Source of the DNA: Eledone cirrhosa
Lineage: Eukaryota
Assembly (NCBI GenBank): GCA_964016885.1
Contig: OZ024749.1
Coordinates: 23,436,001 to 23,500,000, forward strand
Reading direction: 5' to 3'
Length of the DNA: 64,000 nt
Under the pieces are notes generated by a model, which was not told the DNA's origin, ran no database searches, and saw nothing but the letters and a program-made list of their open reading frames with translations. Positions 37,940 through 52,705 of this stretch are shown here, piece after piece (positions within the stretch are counted from its first letter, which is position 1; the number at the start of each line of letters is the position of its first letter). The position numbers and the translations under genes are program-made.

Positions 37940-38651
37940 CCGCGCATTGCCTGGAGACTTAGCTGAGAATAGACTCCCTGATGACGTAATGAATTATCGA
38001 TGGTTATATTACGTAACTATCTTTATGCCATTACAGAAACTAATTAGTTGGAGTGAACATTTTAGTAAGTAAGTTAATTTTTAATTTTTTTTTAAATTTT
38101 CTTATTTTACGTCTTTCATATTATTGTTCTGCATCATCCTGCATTGAACCACCTAGGTACTATGACATAACTTATGTGTTTGCTAGCATTAGTGTACATC
38201 TGTACGCATATGTTGGTTGATATACTAATTCTCTGTATTTATCTCCAAATTATTTATTTGTTGAGCAAACCTGCCAAATCCGCTACTAATTCATTGGTGT
38301 GGTAGTAGGCTTCTGTCATCTTACCAACCTACTCCTTCCGACGAGCCTCAGTGTCACGGGATTGATTCTTTAGAATCTGCCATTTGACTAGAGTCAGCGA
38401 AATTTTTCAGTGCATGGAATCCAGTCCCCGCTAGCTGTTCCATCCACCGAATTATTATTATTTTTATATGAGTCCCTAGTTTCCGCGCATTGCCTGGAGA
38501 CTTAGCTGAGAATAGACTACCTGATGACGTAATAAATTCTCGATGGTTATATTACGTAACTATCTTTATCCCATTACAGAAACTAATTAGTTGGAGTGAC
38601 AATTTTAGTAAGTTAATTATTTTTTTTTTTTTTATTTTCTTATTTTACGTC

Positions 38652-38658
<7 letters not shown>
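37939..38658 (+). repeat. ~180-bp direct repeats (37939-38120 and 38483-38658) around a unique core, in (TA)n
   Basis: Both repeats start CCGCGCATTGCCTGGAGACTTAGCTGAGAATAGACT. Confidence 0.85.
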
Positions 38659-38694
<36 letters not shown>

Positions 38695-38879
38695 AAAACA
38701 ATGAAATAAAAAGCAAATCATTAGAGATGTACTTCACTGCTTTACAATCGTTTATAGGTGAAGATAATACATCGTAACTATACTTCGTTATCGATGTATG
38801 TAAGGTTAGTTACAAACTATCAGATAAGGAGAATATTTACTTACATGCAGATTAGACCCCACAACTTACCGAGGATATC

Positions 38880-38921
<42 letters not shown>

Positions 38922-38943
38922 ATTTATTAAAATAACAGATTAA

Positions 38944-38994
38944 AGTTTAAGCAAAGAATCGCTGCTTTCACCCTTAACGGGATCTTCAGAAACT
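38944..38994 (-). ncRNA. Hammerhead ribozyme in the inverted pLTR of PLE family 2
   Basis: Minus strand reads AGTTT-CTGAAGA-TCCC(GTTAA)GGGT-GAAA-GCAG..TTGC-TT-AAACT. Confidence 0.7.
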
Positions 38995-39799
38995 AACAAA
39001 GTCAATCTTTAAACGCAGAAGTGGATATTTCAAAAAAATGTTGCAACCGGAGGAAGACAGGAAGACGATACTTTGGTTCGTGGAAACGTTCGCTGGCAAA
39101 GAACGGGAAAAAACGAATAAGATACGTCATTAATAGGAGCGGTGAAAAACAATTACGCGCAAAGACAGAACCACGTTTATGGTATAAAAGAGGTCGTAGG
39201 CTAATGTTCTACTACGTGGTTCATAGAGACGTTCTGTGGCAATGAACGAAAAAAACGAAGATAATACGTCATATGTGGACCGTAGAGAACAATAGCACGC
39301 ACAGACAAAACCACGTAAATGGTATAGCAGAAGTCGTAGACTAAAATTCTAACTAGGAGACCGAATGAATCTCCGCTACAGAGTTAAGAACAAAGTAAAT
39401 AAATACAATACAGAAGTAATAAAATAAATAAATACATACACGCAAACAAATACGTACATACGCAAACATACACAAAACACTTACCAAGGGTATACAAAAC
39501 CACGCACATATAAATATGTGTGTGCGTGTATGCATGTATACAAATAAATAAATAATTATATAAACGTATTTAAATAAATAAATACGTATATAACAAGCGC
39601 ACACACATACCTACAAGTAAACATACGAAAGTTCGGAGACGTAAGTCATCCAAAACATGAAGTACGCATATACACACACCCTACATACGTACGAACCTGC
39701 ATAGTCACACAGACGCAAAACTCCCGTATACACATGGCCAAACCATATGTACCAGAATAAAAAAATTGTACGCCATAACAGGTTGAGGCCAATCTATCG

Positions 39800-40769
39800 G
39801 TCGTTAAGTACCTTGACGTTACCCTCAATTTATTGAATGGGTTGTATTACCCGTATAGAAAGCCGAATGATACGCTTAATTACATAAGTAAGCATTCCAA
39901 CCATTCTGCCAGCATAACCAAGAACCTGGTAAGAAACGTTTCGTTGAGGCTTTCCCTTCTTTCCACCAACGAACGTATTTTCAACGACCATTCCACTTAT
40001 TACAATGAAGCACTTGCTCGAAGTAGATTTGTCGATAAGGTAGCATATACAGAGTACGATAATAGACCTAGAAGAAATAGATCCCGTCGCATTTGTTGGT
40101 ATAACCCACCATATAATATGGAGGTGGCCACACCATTAGCTAAGATATTTCTTTCCCTTATTACGAGGCATTTTCCCCTACACATAAATATAGTAACATT
40201 TTTTTATAGAAATACTATTAAAATGTCTTACTCTACGACTTCTAACCTTGCACATAACATCACAGCTTCAAATTTAGCTAAACTACCTAGCCGTAGGAAC
40301 ACGTGCAACCCTGTAGCTAGTACTAACTGTAATTGTAGGAATCGGGTTGATTGCCCCCTATCCGGGAAATGCCTCTCTAGTAACATTGTCTACAAATGTA
40401 AGGTTGTAACACCCACGTCCCGTAGGGCCTACATAGGGTTAACCGCCAATAGATTCAAGCAGCATCTTTACACGCATACCCATTCTTTTCGTTACCCTCT
40501 AAGAAGGAATATGACGTCACTTTCAGCTTATATCTGGAGTCTAAAAGACAACCACACCCAATATAAGTTACACTGGGAGATCCTAGCTAGGGCTAGATCG
40601 TATAACGGAAATAAAAGACCATGTGGCCTCTGAGCCGCTCACGCCCTGGAAATACTCTACGCCACAGACCACATCTTAAACAAAAAATCTGAGGCAATTT
40701 CGGCTTGTAAACATAAATTGCACAAAACTTTCCTGTATTACAGCCCCACTTTATACCCTAACGGATAGT
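39800..40769 (+). pseudogene. PLE ORF C-terminal half (end of RT, Cys linker, GIY-YIG)
   Basis: YLDVTLNL..YYPYRKPND..CNCRNRVDCPLSGKC..NIVYKC..AYIGLT, with a premature TGA at 40631. Confidence 0.9.
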
Positions 40770-41687
40770 ACGATCTATACGTGGATATTTTACGTCTTGA
40801 TGTGGGAGCTAAGTATATGTTTTGTTTATACCATTACTTATTTGCATAGGTAAGTATATATTACCCGTATGATTTGTGAAGGTACGTATACCTTCTCGTA
40901 CGTATATTTGATTGTTTATGTTATGGCGTATAATTTTTTTATTCTGGTACATATGGTTTGGCTATGTGTATACGGGAGTTTCGCGTCTGTGTGACTATGC
41001 AGGTTCGTACGTATGTAGGGTGTGTGTATATGCGTACTTCATGTTTTGGATGACTTACGTCTCCGAACTTTCGTGTATACTTGTAGGTATGTGTGTGCGC
41101 TTGTTATATACGTATTTATTATTTTATATACGTTTATATAATTATTTATTTATTTGTATACACGCATACACACACACACATATTTATATGTGCGTGGTTT
41201 TGTATACCTATGGTAAGTGTTTTGTGTATCCTTGTGTATGTACGTATTTGTTTGCGTGTATGTATTTATTTATTTCTATTACTTCTGTATTGTATTTATT
41301 TACTTTGTTCTTAACTCTGTAGCGGAGATTCATTCGGTCTCCTAGTTAGAATTTTAGTCTACGACTTCTGCTATACCATTTACGTGGTTTTGTCTTTGCG
41401 TGCTCCACATATGACGTATTATCTTCGGTTTTTTCGTTCATTGCCAGAGAACGTCTCTATGAACCACGTAATAGAACATTAGTCTACGACCTCTTTTATA
41501 CCATAAACGTGGTTCTGTCTTTGTGCGTAATTGTTTTTCACGCTCCTATTAATGACGTATCTTATTCGTTTTTTTCCCGGTCTTTGCCAGCAAACGTTTC
41601 CACGAACCAAAGTATCGTCTGCCTGTCTTCCTCCGGTTTCAACATTTTTTAAAATATCCACTTCTGCGTTTACAGAATGACTTTGTT

Positions 41688-41737
41688 AGTTTCTGAAGAT
41701 CCCGTTAAGGTTGAAAGCAGCGATTATTTGCTTAATC
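41688..41737 (+). ncRNA. Hammerhead motif in pLTR of PLE family 2 (mutated stems)
   Basis: CTGAAGA at 41693 and GAAA at 41713, with the same layout as 38944. Confidence 0.55.
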
Positions 41738-41878
41738 TTTAATCTGTTATTTTAATAAATATTTGCACTACTGTTCTTATATATTTGATATATATTTATC
41801 CTTATCGAGTCCTCTTTGGATTTTAGCCTTCAAATTTATTATTATTACTATTTGGCTCCCTCGGTTGAGCACTCTATC

Positions 41879-42951
41879 ATGCAGAAACAACATCTGAATA
41901 TTTCTACAAAGAACATTCCCATACCGAGCAGGAAAACATACCTAAAACTCCTGATACAGAAAACAGACGCGTTCGTTAAAAGGTTGCCTTGGCGTGCCTT
42001 TTATTTCGATAACCCGCGAAAAGCAGACAACAAACAAGATAAATTTGGATTCAAAACCTATAATAACCCCCCCCCCCCCCCCCCCCCCCCCGTGTAACTC
42101 GGCAATGCTACCCTTCGAAAATTATGTCTTGGAACTCATTCGGAGTATCAAATTTTGGAATAGGAGCAATTCCTTCCAGCAAGACCTGAAGAATGGAATT
42201 CGTTCTATTAAGGATTCTAATTCCGTGCACGTCCATTCCGACAAAACTGGCAACCTATATCAAGTGGAGCTCAGTACTTACCATCAACTACTACATAATG
42301 CTGTAACTAAGGATTACCGTAAAACTAATCGGTGCTTCATCAATGAAATCAACGGTGCTGGGTTTAAAATCACATCTGATCTCAACATCCTGGACCGGAC
42401 CGAAACTCTGGACCCTATTTCTCCCCACTTTACCCTGAAGGATGACAAATCCAATTTTCCGAACAACCCCTCTATTCGGTTTATTAACCCTACGTAATCC
42501 GATTTAGGTAGACTTAGTAAAACGATTCTTGATAGAATTATACCTGACATTAGAAGTTTGGCCCCTGTTGCACTGTGGAACAATTCTTTCGCGGTGATTT
42601 ATTGGTTCAACGGCATATGTAACAAGGAACATTGCTGTTTTATCCAATTCCACATCAACAATTACTACTCCTCCATCACTTTACCACTTCTCCTTAGAGC
42701 TATCAATTTTGCTAAAACACTCACAGTGGTTAAGGATTTCGAAGTTGATGTCATACTCAATGTCCGAAAGTCGGTGATTAATTTCGACGACTCTATTTGG
42801 AGTAAAACATCCAATAGTATCCCATTCGACGTGAGTATGGGCGCCAGTGATTCTGCGGAGGTTACTGATCTTATCGGCCTTTTCCTTCTTTTCCCTATCA
42901 AGGACAAATTCCCCAACGCGGGCGGTGGTTTGTACCGTGACGATGGTCTTT
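41879..42951 (+). pseudogene. PLE ORF N-terminal half (to RT YRDD), frameshifted
   Basis: MQKQHLNISTKNIPIP..HSDKTGNLY..MGASDSAEVTDL..LYRDDGL. Frameshift in the poly-C at ~42070-42090 and a stop at 42495. Confidence 0.9.
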
Positions 42952-43273
42952 ACGTGGTTTTGTCTTTGCGTGCTATTGTTCTCCACGCTCCACATATGGC
43001 GTACTATCTTCGTGTTTTTCGTTCATTGCCAGAGAACGTCTCTATGAACCACCTAAGGGAACATTAGTCTACGACCTCTTTTATACCATAAACGTGGTTC
43101 TGTCTTTGCGCCTAATTCGTTTTTCACCGCTCCTATTAATGATATATCTTATTCGTTTTTTCCCGTTCTTTGCCAGCGAACGTTTCCACGAACCAAAGTA
43201 TCGTCTTCCAGTCTTCCTCCGGTTGCAACATTTTTTGAAATATACACTTCTGCGTTTACAGATTGACTTTGTT

Positions 43274-43324
43274 AGTTTCTGAAGATCCCGTTAAGGGTGA
43301 AAGCAGCGATTCTTTGCTTAAATT
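43274..43324 (+). ncRNA. Hammerhead motif in pLTR of PLE family 2
   Basis: AGTTT-CTGAAGA-TCCCGTTAAGGGT-GAAA-GCAG..TTGC-TT-AAATT. Confidence 0.65.
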
Positions 43325-43438
43325 TTAATCTGTTATTTTAATAAATATTTGCTCTACGGTTCTTATATATTTGATATATATTTATCCTTATCGAGTCCTC
43401 TTTGGATTTTAGTCTTCAAATTTATTATTATTACTATA

Positions 43439-44249
<811 letters not shown>

Positions 44250-44499
44250 TATATATATACCTATAATCGCAAGGTCCTCAGATACGTCTTGAGGACTTTG
44301 CGATTTGCAGAGTCAGGTTCGATGATCACATCGATCGTGCCTCGAGCTGGTCGCGAGAGAAACGATTGTAATATGTCCAATAAATTCCATTCGTCGCAAC
44401 ACTGATTCTCTTTTTTTCTGTGATATCATACTCTTCTCTATGAGAGCATCGAGTGTTCAAACGGCCTACCGCATACGGACGCGTTAAGCATCCAATACC

Positions 44500-46480
44500 A
44501 ATTATATATACCAAAACATACAAAACTTAACATTCCTTACAATTTGGCCAAATGTATATGTACCATAGTATCAGATCCACCTAAACGGGAGCAAAGACTA
44601 AAGGAACTAAAAGACACCCTTATCATAAGAGCCTTCCCACTTGAAATAATCAACAATGGAATAGACAGGGCAAAACACCTAAATCCCCTTCAACTTAACA
44701 ATCCAAAACAGAAAACCACACTCAACACCCTGCCATATGTATCCACTTTCAACCCCAGAAATACTGAAATGTTTGATCACCTACACAAAAACCTCCCCAT
44801 CCTACTTAAAGATGTAAAAATGAAGTCTATTCTTGAAACACACAAGATCCTTAAAAGTAAAAGACAACCCAAATCACTAAAACGCATTCTCACTGGACCA
44901 AATATACCCAAACCAATCCTCAACCTACAGTTATCAAATGTGGTAGAACCAACTGTGGAACGTGCCTCTACCTCACTGAAGGACACAAATTTACATTTAA
45001 AGATGGCCAAACATTTACAGTAAAAAATAATTTCACCTGCAACTCGGAGAACTTGATTTACGCAATAACTTGCGGTGGGTGCAAACACAACTACATAGGA
45101 CAGACGGGCAACTCATTACGCAAAATAATGTCCATCCACCGCCAACAAATCCGGGACGCTAACACAAGAAGAATCCCATTGGGCAGCCATATTGCGAACT
45201 GCGCAGGAATGACACTACCCAACTTTAAAATCTTCCCCTTCTACAAGTGCTCAGATTCGTTCACACAGCAACAAAGAATAAACAAAGAAAATCTATTCCT
45301 TAACAAATTTAAACCAAAACTAAACGGGTTATCACCCCAATAGAATTGTCATAAAATATAAACACACATACGCACGGAGTGACAGATATGTGTGTGTATG
45401 TGTGCATGTATATAATTATCACTACTATTAAAGACCAGAGACCAATTCTGTAGAATCAGGTTTATTCGTTGACAGACCATGCCTTTGTGTGACCAACACA
45501 TCCAGGTTAAACCCTACACGTGCACACACATATATCTATATATATATGCGCACACATAATTCACCACTGTCGGTTGCGGGGCCCAATCTACATGAAGAAC
45601 TCAATGTGATCAGAATGACTTGTATTTTAATTTCACTGTTCTAACTTCTTATATTATGGAAAAAATATATGTGCATGTATGTATGTATATATATATATTT
45701 GGAGGCCATTTCTCTATGTGTGTGGGTGTATGTGTATGTGTGTGTGTGTGTATGTGTGTGCATGTTGATGTGTATATGTATGTGTATGTATGTGTGTGTG
45801 TATGTATGCGTGTATCTAGATGTATGTGTATGTATATATATGTGTGTGTGTGTATATATATGTGTGTGTATGTGTATATATGTGTGTGTGTGTTTGTATG
45901 TGTGTATGTGTATATGTGTGTGTGTGTATGTATGTGTGTATGTATGTGTATGTGTGTGTGTATGTATATGTGTGTGTATATATATATATATGTATATATA
46001 TGTATATGTATGTATATGTATATGTATGTGTGTGTGGATGAGGATATGTGTATATATAGGTATAAGTGCACTAAATCCCTTTCTATCACTCTCCCCTCTC
46101 CTACCGACCACAGGGAGATATATGTATGCATATTGCATCCACCCTCTCACTGACCAGCAGCTGGCCATCTGGCCATTGCTAAATCTGACCTTAAAAAAAC
46201 CCACTCCCCACAAATAATTCCTCATTCACTACCAGAAAGGGACACACAGCGGGCAACTTGCTGCTACCAAGATGAAAACTACTATGAAATCCCACACTGA
46301 ATTTTATACTTGAATTTTCAAATCTCAAAGTTTAACTCTTCATCTTATTAATTTTCTTAATATTAATCAACATTTGAAAAGATGGCTTTTGCAGACCCAT
46401 CGAAACCGGTCATTTTTTATACCCTTTATTCTTTCTTTACCTTATAAAATTATATGTTTTTTCACAAAAAAGTATTCTGT
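44500..46480 (+). mobile_element. 5'-truncated Penelope-like element (family 3): GIY-YIG end plus pLTR
   Basis: Frameshifted ORF ending NLIYAITCGGCKHNYIGQTGNSLR..H..(stop 45343). Hammerhead near its 3' end at 46369. Confidence 0.8.
46369..46416 (+). ncRNA. Hammerhead ribozyme with U3-A8 core (PLE family 3 pLTR)
   Basis: AACAT-TTGAAAA-GATGG..CCATC-GAAA-CCGG-TC-ATTTT. Stem III is palindromic and the triplet is GUC. Confidence 0.65.
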
Positions 46481-46765
46481 CTCTTATATATTCCATGTGC
46501 CATTACCAACTTCAATTTTCTCTATAACCTTCGTTTTGTGTAGAAACTTACTTTTCATATATATATATAGACGTTGTATTGTATTGTATTAACATCTTTT
46601 GGTGGCTGCGCTGACGGCTATAGTTGCAACACGTGGGCCTGACTGAATATATATACACCTGTTTCATTAGCAGATAAGATTCAGGTAACAATCACCTTAA
46701 AAGTATCATCTCTTTTGACAACTTGATTATATATATCTACTACGTAATATGATGTATGTATGTAG

Positions 46766-46875
<110 letters not shown>

Positions 46876-47059
46876 TTGAGGTTGGTAATGGCACATGGAA
46901 TATATTGTCTTGTTCCAGTGCCATTTTCCGGATTTGCGTTGGTTAGTATATATGAAAATCCGGAAAATAAAATGGCACTGGAACAAGACAATATATTCCA
47001 TGTGCCATTACCAACCTCAATTTTCTCTATAACCTTCGTTTTGTGTAGAAAATTACACT

Positions 47060-47183
<124 letters not shown>

Positions 47184-47959
47184 TATATAATACATAGTAT
47201 AGCTAGTGAACAATATACAATATATATACTATGTACTATATATTATATCCGATATATAACATAACTATATATAATATATAAAATTTGATTTATTTTATAA
47301 TATATGTAGTGTAAATTATATAGTATATTTCGCATATAATATATCGTATATATAGTATATATTGTATATAATATATAGTATATCTCGTATATAATATATA
47401 TTATATCTAGTATGTTAGGTATAGTATATGTAGTATATATTATATAATATATCATGTATAGTATATATCATCATAATTTTATTTTTGCAATATATAACAC
47501 AGAAACATTAGCAGGCACTTCAAGGAATTCTTGCATATATTGCAACTGTCCATTACTCGTGAACATGAATATAATTTCCTTTACGAAATTAACCAATTTA
47601 TTTTGCTACATTGTAGTTATCCTGTGAAAATACATACTGGTGACTTGAAAAAGAAGTTTCGCTACTGAATGGTGATTTACCGCCTGATTGATTGGTAAAC
47701 GTATGGTAGTAAAACATTGTGAATGATGCATAATTAAATCTGTCGGAGCCTAACCGAGTACAAGTTTAAACACAGCCGATTCCCTCCAGAGGAAAAAAAA
47801 GTGAGTCTGAGGCACGTAGAGGATGACTACTTGATTTATCGATCTGGAAATTTGACTTCTGAGACTGAGAACGGGTATGATGACCGCGAAGTATTTATTC
47901 TGAACGGCTAACGAATCATTCTGCAAAAATACACATGTTTGCAATATCTAGATAACATA

Positions 47960-48209
47960 CAGGGTGAGTCAGAACTAACAGACAAGTTTATTTGTGAATC
48001 GTATGTCAAGATACGCAAATATATTTTTGAACATCCGTATCTAAATGTATTGAGGAATGGGGTTTACTATTCGAACATTTACTTATAAATTATATTTTTT
48101 AATATTTTTGTTTAATGTATTTATAATTGCATAATCTATGACCAGAATTTTAGTAAATATCATTTGTAATATAAACGCTTGACTGCCCTGTTAGATATGA
48201 CTCACCCTG
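47960..48209. mobile_element. Tc1/mariner-type MITE, 250 bp
   Basis: TA|CAGGGTGAGTCAGAACTAACAG ... CTGTTAGATATGACTCACCCTG|TA. Confidence 0.85.
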
Positions 48210-48686
48210 TATTTCAGGGATGTTAAATAATTTCTAGTTTTTTAGAAACATATAGATAACAATGTTTTCAACATTATTTGTATGGTTTTGCGTGATTCAA
48301 TAGCTTCCATTTGATATCGAAATTGGCGTGTTTATATTTCAGCCAAAATGTATGTTGACAAAGAAATGTCTACACGTCAAAAATTTGAACAAATTTGTTG
48401 GAGTAATTCTTTACATAAACAATATTTTGTGTCTCTTATATGTCTTCATAATTTGCTTTACATTATTTTGTGGCAATTTATGGTAATCTATATGCATGTT
48501 ATCATACATGTATACACACATACATACGTACATACATTTATAAATACATGTATACATACGTACATAACTATATGCATATATGCACTAGTATAAACAAAGG
48601 TATACACACAAATATACGTACAATATAGTACAACATATCATGCAACATAATATAATGTTTTATATATCTATAGATTATATTTCAAT

Positions 48687-48760
<74 letters not shown>

Positions 48761-48820
48761 TAGATGTGTGCGTGTGTATTTACATGTACATATATATACA
48801 TATGCATATATATGCATACA

Positions 48821-48859
<39 letters not shown>

Positions 48860-49871
48860 GTATATGTTTATATCTATATATATATATATACACGTATATG
48901 TTTATATATATATATGGACTTCTATGTAGGAATGTGAGCATGCAAATGTTTTCGTGTATACACACGCTGTGCTGTATAAATGTTTACAAGTTAAAACATG
49001 TTTTCCATGTATTTTTTTAAGAAAAGAACATTGAAATATCCTTGCTCATTTATCTGATGTTTAATTTTCAACCTCCTCCTCCTCTACTTCACCATCACCA
49101 TATTGTTGTTGTTCTTCTTGTTGTTGTTGTTGTTCTTGCTGTTGTTGTTGTTGTTGTTCTTGTTCTTGTTTTTCTTCTTCTTCTTCTTCTTCTTCTTCTT
49201 CTTCTTCTTCTTCTTCTTCTTCTTCTTCTTCTTCTTCTATTTCATTTTATGTTTTCTTTACCTAAACACTGACAATGCTTCATACTTATAAATATATCCA
49301 TTCTTCATTCAACCAACCTCTTTGTTTTTCTCTCATTCTTCTCTCCACTCGACTCTCTCTTTCTTCTTTCCTATTCTCTCACTCTTTCTCTCTACAAAAT
49401 ATCAGAATCTTTGTGGATTTCCTTTGCTCGGCAATGCATGCCTCACAACGTCATCGCCATTTTGATTTCATATTTTATTTTTTCACTAGGCAACTGTTGC
49501 CTTGTTTGGTTTCTGATTGATTTGTTTTATATATAACATTTGATGTTTTTGTTATGGCATTTATATTTTTCTTTATTTGTTTTGTACTGTTTGTTTGGAT
49601 TACAGTATTGGTGTTTGACATGTTAGTTGGAATGTTTGGGTTTTTGACAATGATATCGATATCGATAATGGCGGTAGATACTGATGATGATTGTTATGGC
49701 GATGGTGGGGATATCAGAGAAGTTATGATATTATAAGCTGGTCTGTTCACTATCCATCTCTTTCTCTCCATCTCTCTATATATGCGTATGTATATCTGAA
49801 TATAAATATGTATATATATATGTTTATATATATATCATATATATGTATATATATATATATGTTTATATATA

Positions 49872-49950
<79 letters not shown>

Positions 49951-50119
49951 AAAGGATAACAAGGCCGATTGATTACTCCTTCATTGCATTTATTGGTACG
50001 TGACGCGCGTTTCGCCACTGATCAGGTTAAGTTTCGATCTGTATCGATCCTGCCAGCCTCAATAATCGGCGGCTCGACGGACCCTTTAAAATGATTTCAT
50101 TTTCTTATAGCATTTTAAA

Positions 50120-50206
50120 GGGTCCGTCGAGCCGTCGATTATTGAGTCGGCTAGCATCGATAGAGATCGAATATTGAGTTGATCAATGGCGAAACGTGTG
50201 TCACCT
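50120..50206 (+). ncRNA. Hammerhead-like fold with non-canonical CCGUCGA core
   Basis: GGGT-CCGTCGA-GCCGTCGATT..GATCAATGGC-GAAA-CGTGTG-TC-ACCT. A mirror copy lies on the minus strand at 49998-50084. Confidence 0.5.
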
Positions 50207-50357
50207 ACCAATAAATTCAATGAAGGGGTAATAAATCGTTCTTGTTATCCTTTCAATATATTACACTCTGTATAGCTCTACACCTTATCACAGAAGTGAA
50301 CCTAAACATCGAGTGCTCTCCCGGGTGAACATGCAGTAACTCCAAGTTACACCCCCT

Positions 50358-50425
<68 letters not shown>

Positions 50426-50624
50426 ATATGTGTCTGTGTATGTGTATGTGTATGTATATATGTCTATATGTATTTGTGTGTATATGTATACACATGTATA
50501 TTTGTGTTTGTATGTATGCGTGTGAGTGTATTTATTTGTGTATATATGTGTGTGTGTGTATGTATGTGTATGTGTGTATGTATGTGTATATATATATATG
50601 TGTGTGTGTATATATGTGTATATA

Positions 50625-50678
<54 letters not shown>

Positions 50679-51164
50679 TGTATGTATGTATGTATGTGTG
50701 TATGTATGTGTATGTACATGAATATATATTTTTATATATGTGTGTGTGTTTTTATGTGTGTATATGTGTTTGTGTGTGTGTTTATGGTTGCGCGTAAGTG
50801 TGTGAGTGAGTATGTGGTTTTTTGTTTTTTTGTGAATGTGTCTGTTGATTTTTGGCATATAGTTGATTAGTTTAAGAGAAGTTCGAAGATAATAGTAAGA
50901 TATGCACTCAGTATTTTGAATCTGTCTGCAGAATTCTCTAGACCTTTGTCACTTAGTAGAACCTTAATGACTTTAGCTTTTAAAGAATCTCCCTTTTCTT
51001 TAATTCTATGGACCATGACTGACCCCCCACTGATTTTATAGACACCTGTTAGCTTAAGAGAAACGTAATGACAAGGAATGGTATGCCATCCGGAACCTGT
51101 TTATAGAATTCTGTCTGCCCTTGTTACTCTAAAAACATAAATAAATATACTCAGCTAGAAATAT

Positions 51165-51310
51165 ACTCAGCTAGAAATGAGTACCAGGAAAAGCTGGGGG
51201 TCCAATCCTGCGATGGACTGGCATCCTGTCCGTAGTGGAGTCTTGAAGCCATGAAACCGGTTTAAGCGCTGACCAAATGAGCCTTCTGGCTTATGACAGA
51301 CTTTAGACTT
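51165..51310 (+). mobile_element. SINE remnant with V-domain-like core
   Basis: CCTGCGATGGACTGGCATCCTGTCC followed by GAAACCGG..AAGC..ATGAGCC. Confidence 0.5.
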
Positions 51311-51377
51311 CTGTACATATATATATATATATAGAGAGAGAGAGAGGAGAAGAAAGTCGATAAAAATCGACTTCAGG

Positions 51378-51692
51378 GCATTACTGGTGCTTTAATCTTT
51401 CGACCCTGTAAGGATGAAAGGCAAAGCTAACACAGCTAACCTCTGCGGGATTTGAACTCAGAATGTAAAGAGGCATAACTATGTGCCGCCAAATATATTC
51501 GACGCTCTACAGAGCTGTTAAATAATGGTTTCTAATTTAGACACAAGGCCAACAATTTTGGGTATGTTATCGACCCGTAAGAAAGAAAGGCGAACCTCTA
51601 CTCGGAAAGATTTGAACGAAGAACATAAACGGACCTGGTTATATGCTGCAAAACATGTCTAATGTTCTACCGATAGTACCAATCCATCGCCT
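51378..51692 (-). mobile_element. Two diverged copies of the same SINE
   Basis: Same core motif, degenerate. Confidence 0.7.
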
Positions 51693-52456
51693 CAATACAG
51701 TTGCCTGTCAAAAAAAAAAAAAAATGAATAAATAAAAGATATGAAATCAAAATGGCGATGACGTTGTAACGTAGGAATAGCAGAGCAAAGAAAATCTGAA
51801 AATATTCAAAATAGAACAAAATCTGATCTTCTTTGTCTCTGAAGACTTTCCGTTCTTAGTTGAAATCAAACCAAATATGTTTATAATGACATTGCTACAC
51901 CATATGTAATATATCAATATAATACACCTGTTAATTACAGCACATACATAAATGTAGATATATGCCCAGATTAGATACAATAATGTAACACGTGATAGTT
52001 TGATTTCGTGTCAATTAATTACATTTGACAGTCGTTTGTGAGATGTATGCACTGTTATGGTCGTGTTCGTGCATCATCATCATCGGCATCATCATCATCA
52101 TGATCGCAATCATTATCATCAATATCGCCATACTCAGCATCCCCATCATCATCATCATCGTAGGATAAATTATAATGAAGAAGAAGAAGAAGAAGAAGAA
52201 GAAGAAGAAGAAGAAGAAGAAGAAAAAGAAGAAGAAGAAGAAGAAGAAGAAGAAGAAGAAGAAGAAGAAGAAGAAGAAGAAGAAGAAAAGAAGAATTTTA
52301 GACTTTCATGTGCTGAGAAGATACATACGCATACATACATACATAAATACATACATACCTACCTACCTACCTACATACATACATACCTACTTACCTACCT
52401 ACCTACCTACATACATACATACATATATACCTACCTACATACGTACAAGTATATAT

Positions 52457-52705
52457 GGTGGCTGCCAACTCGTTTTCGAGTACGGCCACTACTTTATATC
52501 CATGTAGGAGAACCCTACCGATGCACTGAACGAGTGTGACTTTTTAGTCAGCCAGCGACTTGAAAACTCTTGTACAAACACTACACTTGTGACAATTATT
52601 GACACATAGTGCTGGGCCCATGGTACCATGTGACGACAAGTGCAGAGAGATCTCCAGATATAAAGCAATGCCTGTGCCGTGAAGCTTTTATATTGAGCAA
52701 AGGCA
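52457..52705 (-). mobile_element. Second copy of the 3' part of the 1398-2004 element
   Basis: Near-identical to 1398-1648 and flanked by (TACA)n. Confidence 0.85.

Larger units (their letters stand above)
38922..43436 (+). mobile_element. Decayed tandem Penelope-like element (family 2): inverted pLTR, ORF 3' half, pLTR, ORF 5' half, partial pLTR
   Basis: 38922-39780 is the reverse complement of 40919-41760. 42950-43435 repeats about 41378-41848. The coding pieces are homologous to the 22119-24272 protein. Confidence 0.9.

Noticed and set aside
47738-47911. Protein-like plus-strand frame (..RFPPEEKKVSLRHVEDDY..)
   Set aside because: No start codon, clear acceptor or recognisable homology.
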